Below, in pieces: positions 58,682-64,000 of a stretch of 64,000 nucleotides of DNA (positions within the stretch are counted from its first letter, which is position 1; each line of letters starts with the position of its first letter). The notes under the pieces were generated by a model that made no database searches, was not told where the DNA came from, and was given only the letters and a program-made list of their open reading frames with translations. This stretch comes from Macrostomum lignano (taxonomy: Eukaryota). The stretch covers positions 186,001 through 250,000 of the forward strand of contig NIVC01000251.1 in the NCBI GenBank assembly GCA_002269645.1, read 5' to 3'. The translations under genes and the position numbers were made by a program.

Positions 58682-61600
58682 ATGAATATTAGTAAGATTC
58701 CTATTAAAGAGCTTTCAATTCAAATAGATTCAAGTCTGTTGGACCCCAATTGCATTGGAATTGACTTTGGTAAGTCAGCAAAATTTGGGCACCAGTCTGA
58801 GTGGTTCGGTGCCATTTATGTTGTTGGGTGCCACTTACACTATCTACGTGCCATTTTTTTGAGTTTCATTCTTAATGAAACTCATTCTGGCCATCATTCT
58901 TAAGGTCGATTCACACTGCCATCAAATGAGCCAAAAAATTACATGACCGATGTACACAGGGATAAAATTTGATGTACAAGTTGTGTGATCACACGAAATC
59001 TGGCCATATTTCATGGCTGTGTGACCCAGCAAATTGGATGTCATGTTAGTTTATAAATGGTACTCATCTAGAGACAAAAACTGAGTGCTTCGTGTATTTT
59101 TTCGTAGACAGTATTAATGAAATATAAAACAGCGCTGATTTTTAGTTTGAGTCTTGAGATCAGCATACAACAAATGGGATGTCATTTATAGTTCTCGTAG
59201 TTTCATGTACGCTACCGTTACTTTAATATCTCTTCGCAACCTATGTTACATTTTCAATCGGCTGCAAGGCACTGAACGCACAAAGCTTGCGTACCCTTCG
59301 GCCTGCATCGATTCCGAATCTACTACAAAGTACACCGCGAACTTTGCAACTTTCGAGACCAACGAAAAGACCGGCGTTGAAGTTTTAATTAAATATTTAA
59401 CTGATAAACTACCTGATTTAAAGTCTGACTCCAGCAGCGGCCGCAAAAACTGGAAGGTGCAAGTAACGGGAGCCAGGGCTACCCAAGCTGCCGCGGATTC
59501 GATAAAACAACAATTGGGACTTGAGTGAGGACTTTGGGACTTTGTGTACTGGCTAGCTAGCAAGTAGAATCGTGTCATGACTTGTTTCCCCGGCTGGCAG
59601 AAAGAAAATCAAGCCCGTTAATGGCCATAGACATGTTATAACTCACCTAAAGCATTAGCAACTGCCAAAAACTCGGCCAGTTACCATAGACAACTAGCAA
59701 ATTGCCTTTTCCGGACACTTTATTAAATTTTCGCTTAAGAACAATTTGTTTGTTATAATCACAGAAAATCACAGAATTGCAAATCAAAATTCTGAGTAGC
59801 CTACTCTTCTGGTGAAACTAGTTAGTATAAATAGTTTTAATTAATTTAATTAATTAATTTTAATTAATTAATCAGCAATTAGATGTAGATAAAGGCTTAA
59901 GTAATTTTGTAGATTAAGTTGGAATGGAAATGAGTATTTAAAATGCCTGTTTGTGGTCTGACATAGCATTCAGTCGTCATTTTCCTGTGTGGGCCTTGTT
60001 ATCTAATAGTTAGCAAAGTCACAATTTGTCTATTCTTAGCAGTAGCTGAAGCGCATATGTTTTTTCTCCCTAAAACATATTCAAAGTATAAAGTCAGAAA
60101 AAAACTCAAACAAAGCATCCAGTGGGAATCGTTTCCATTTTGTTTATAGGATCAGCTTTGTCGATGAGGCATCGAGCCAGTGTCGTGGCGCCAGCTTTCT
60201 GATGACTCGCTGCGATTCCGCCGACACCGCCTACCCGGCGCCGTTCATTGACCCCGCCGAATTCGCCGGTCTGGAGCACGGCGAGACATTTAAGAAGTTT
60301 AACGAAGCTCAAGTCGATCTCATGTCCGGCGACTCAAAATTTCCCTGCCTGTTGGGCGTGTTTGGCTCCATTTGTCGGGTGTTCTTAGTGAGTGCTTGAG
60401 CTCGTGCAATTTCGTCTATTTATATTTCAGTTTATTCACGCCTGTGAAGGTTTCTCTTCATCTCACTCCCCTATCCCAATCTCCATCTCACTACCCTATC
60501 CCAATCTCCATCTCACTCCCCTATCCCAATCTCCATCTCACTACCCTATCCCAATCTCCATCTCACTCCCCTATCCCAATCTCCATCTCACTCTCTGCCT
60601 ATCCCAATCTCCATCTCACTCCCCTATCCCAATCTCCATCTCACTCCCCTATCCCAATCCCCATCTCACTCCCCTATCCCAATCTCCATCTCACTCCCCT
60701 ATCTCAATCTCCATCTCACTCCCCTATCCCAATCTCCATCTCACTACCCTATCCCAATCTCCATCTCACTCCCCTATCCCAATCTCCATCTCACTCCCCT
60801 ATCTCAATCTCCATCTCACTTCCCTATCCCAATCTCCATCTCACTCCCCTATCCCAATCTCCATCTCACTCCCCTATCCCAATCTCCATCTCACTCCCCT
60901 ATCCCAATCTCCATCTCACTCCCCTATCTCAATCTTCATCTCACTCCCCTATCCCAATCTCCATCTCACTCCCCTATCCCAATCTCCATCTCACTCCCCT
61001 ATCCCAATCTCCATCTCACTCCCCTATCCCAATCCCCATCTCACTCCCCTATCCCAATCTCCATCTCACTCCCCTATCTCAATCTCCATCTCACTCCCCT
61101 ATCCCAATCTCCATCTCACTCCCCTATCCCAATCTCCATCTCACTCCCCTATCCCAATCTCCATCTCACTCCCCTATCCCAATCTCCATCTCACTCTCTG
61201 CCTATCCCAATCTCCATCTCACTCCCCTATCCCAATCTCCATCTCACTCCCCTATCTCAATCTCCATCTCACTCCCCTATCCCAATCTCCATCTCACTCC
61301 CCTATCCTAATCTTCATCTCACTCTCTGCTTTACTGTCGATCTCTATTGGAAAATATGTCTAGACACAACTCAAAGTAAATATTTGAAAATGTTTGCATT
61401 TCTACTTACAGCAGTAGCGTAGTAAGTAGTTAGAAGTAAAATATTTTCTCTATAATTAACTCTCAGATGCAGGAAGATGGTCGGGGCGAAGAGGTGCACA
61501 CGCAAAATCTGTCTGGCAAGAGCTTCTTAGGCATCTGCCAGTTGTTCACCGGAGTCAGCGACTACTCAGTGCTGATGTCCATGGCGGCTGCTGGCAAGCG

Positions 61601-62621
61601 GGGCAACATCGACTCGCAGATCCGCGATCTGCTGGCTGACATGAAGAACTCGCCGTACGGACGTCTGCCCCCATCTCTTGCCGTTTTTCCGTTTGGCAAG
61701 GCAGTTGACAACGACAGATCTTGTGAGCGTGTTGACAGCCACGCTGTCAGTTATACTGTCATCTATACCGCCAAACTGTCTCATATACTGTCATGCTGTC
61801 ATCTATACCGTCATTCTGTCATCTATACTGTCATGCTGTCATCTATACTGTCACACTGTCATCTATACTGTCATGCTGTCATCTATACTGTCATGCTGTC
61901 ATCTATACTGTCACACTGTCATCTATACTGTCATGCTGTCATCGATACTGTCACACTGTCATCTATACTGTCATGCTGTCATCTATACTGTCATGCTGTC
62001 ATCTATACTGTCACACTGTCATCTATACTGTCATGCTGTCATCTATACTGTCATGCTGTCATCTATACTGTCACACTGTCATCTATACTGTCATGCTGTC
62101 ATCGATACTGTCACACTGTCATCTATACTGTCATGCTGTCATCTATACTGTCATGCTGTCATCGATACTGTCACACTGTCGTCTATACTGTCATGCTGTC
62201 ATCTATACTGTCATGCTGTCATCTATACTGTCATGCTGTCATCTATACTGTCATGCTGTCAGACACCCACCCATTTATTTATTCTGCTAATTAGTATGTC
62301 TAGAAAAGCGGAAAACTATAGGCGCACTTCAGCCTTCTTTGAAAGTGAATTCCAATGCAACTCATCAGTCCCACTAATTAGCTAATCCACTTATAGCAAA
62401 TAATCCAACCTGCTCAAAAAATTAATTTTCCAGTCGAAGACACCCGACCGCAAGACCTGGTCCACTCCCTGGTGGCCACTTTTACGTCTAATCTGATCTA
62501 CACGATTACCCAGATGGCCATGTTTTACGGAGCCCGGAGTATTCGATTCGCTGGCGGCTTTTTTAACCACGAATGTCCTCGGGCCGAGCTGATCAAGACT
62601 GCCAAGTTGTTCACCGCCATT
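58682..62621 (+). CDS. Divergent type II pantothenate kinase (fumble family)-like gene; exons 58682-58769, 59269-59524, 60150-60387, 61467-61722, 62434-62621; 3' end not identified
   Basis: GT-AG exons with compatible phases give IGIDFG|TERTKLAY, VQVTGARA, ISFVDEA, FPCLLGVFGS, SFLGICQLFTG...GNIDSQIRDL...FPFGKAV, QDLVHSLVATFTSNL...RFAGGFF, colinear with eukaryotic PanK motifs. Confidence 0.78.
60455..61325. repeat. 25-bp intronic minisatellite ATCCCAATCTCCATCTCACTCCCCT
   Basis: About 35 copies; source of the spurious 312-aa and 323-aa ORFs. Confidence 0.97.
61750..62262. repeat. About 20-bp intronic minisatellite ATCTATACTGTCA(TG/CA)CTGTC
   Basis: Direct periodicity. Confidence 0.97.
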
Positions 62622-62664
62622 GTGAGCGACTGACTTGCTGTATGGGACCCTGGGAGGACTAGGG

Positions 62665-63150
62665 AAGAGATGGGGAGACAAGTGTGATGGGGAGACAGGT
62701 GAGATGGGGAGACAGGTGTGATTGGGAGACAGGTGAGATGGGGAGAAAGGTGAGTTGTGGAGACAGGTGTGATTGGGAGACAGGTGTGATTGGGGACAGG
62801 TGAGATGGGGAGACAGGTGAGATGGGGAGACAGGTAAGATAGGGAGACAGGTATGATTGGGAGACAGGAGAAATGAGATAGGTGAGAAGACAGGTGAGAT
62901 GAGATAGGAGATGGGGGACAGGTGAGATGAGACGGGTGAGATGAGACGGGTGAGATGAGACGGGTGAGATGAGACGGGTGAGATGAGACGGGTGAGATGA
63001 GACGGGTGAGATGAGACGGGTGAGATGAGACGGGTGAGATGAGACGGGTGAGATGAGACGGGTGAGATGAGACGGGTGAGATGAGACGGGTGAGATGAGA
63101 CGGGTGAGATGAGACGGGTGAGATGAGACGGGTGAGATGAGACAGGAGAG
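62665..63150. repeat. GA-rich intronic minisatellite grading into 14-bp GAGACGGGTGAGAT
   Basis: Direct periodicity. Confidence 0.95.
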
Positions 63151-63574
63151 ATGAAATAATTCAGATAAGACAGGGGAGATGCAATAGGTAAGAAGGGATG
63201 TCTAAGGCAAATAATGCCAGATGATTAAAACTTGATTTAGCTTAACTTTAACCATAGCATTCAATTTATATTAAACAGAAAGCCCTTTTAACTGAATCGA
63301 ATTTGAATTCCAAAATCATTCACCACACATTCAAACTTTGCACCGTTCAGGACTCGATGGACGTGGAATTTTTCAAGATTGACCAAATCGCTGCTCTGGG
63401 AGCGATTCTGCGAGACATTTCTACATAACAGGCAGTTTTTGATTGACAATTTCGTTACTGTGGTTTTAGTGATTAGATAAAAATACAAGCAATAGCACAA
63501 AATTTCGTTATAGATTGTCAGATTTTTCATTGATTATCTATATGTTCCTGACAGTTTTCCTTCACTGTCTCTGT

Positions 63575-64000
63575 CTGCTCCCTCCCCGTCTGTCCGCCCT
63601 CTCCCCGTCTGTCCGCCCTCTCCCCGTCTGTCCGCCCTCTCCCCGTCTGTCCGCCCTCTCCCCGTCTTTCCGCCCTCTCCCCGTCTTGCCGCCCTCTCCC
63701 CGTCTTTCCGCACACTCCCCGTCTGTCCGCCCTCTCCCCGTCTTTCCGCCCCCTCCCTGTCTTTCCGTCCTCTCCCCGTCTTTCCGCACACTCCCCGTCT
63801 GTCCGCCCTCTCCCCGTCTTTCCGCCCTCCCCCCGTCTTTCCGCCCTCTCCCCGTCTTTCCGCACACTCCCCGTCTGTCCGCCCTCTCCCCGTCTTTCCG
63901 CCCTCCCCCCGTCTTTCCGCCCTCTCCCCGTCTTTCCGCCCTCTCCCCGTCTTTCCGCACACTCCCCTCCCCGTCTTTCCGCCCTCTCCCCGTCTTTCCG
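63575..64000. repeat. About 19-bp minisatellite CTCTCCCCGTCT(G/T)TCCGCC
   Basis: Direct periodicity to the window end. Confidence 0.97.

Noticed and set aside
60372-63962. Long ORFs (312, 323, 235, 165, 142 aa and similar) as proteins
   Set aside because: They are translations of intronic minisatellites open in several frames.
1-64000. rRNA or tRNA genes
   Set aside because: No conserved rRNA blocks or cloverleaf with A/B boxes recognised; tRNAscan-SE and barrnap would be needed to exclude them formally.

Overview
Repeat-dense eukaryotic (animal, probably invertebrate) DNA; about 55 kb of the 64 kb is nested transposable elements, many with reconstructable insertion junctions. The centrepiece is a complete 13.5-kb EnSpm/CACTA-type DNA transposon (33550-47038; CCCGTGTGGCC... 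TIRs, 2-bp TG TSD). Its spliced transposase gene is split by a full-length RNase H-bearing LINE (38746-44595, 15-bp TSD). It also carries a BEN-domain gene and, unexpectedly, a small intact ORF (36705-37157) resembling the conserved CxxC/RHR C-terminal domain of the DNA end-resection factor CtIP/Ctp1/Sae2. Other elements: three Crypton-like tyrosine-recombinase copies (one inside a Gypsy integrase, two interrupted by related P-like elements), two decayed Gypsy bodies with related LTRs, further LTRs, a mariner-type element containing a 185-bp MITE, two LINE 3' fragments, a second partial CACTA-like element and an OTU-like fragment. The last 8 kb holds host-type genes: an intronless DEG/ENaC channel reading frame with two in-frame stops, and a spliced, divergent type II pantothenate kinase-like gene with minisatellite-filled introns. 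No rRNA, tRNA or CRISPR array was seen. All family assignments are from motif recognition by eye; no database search was run.
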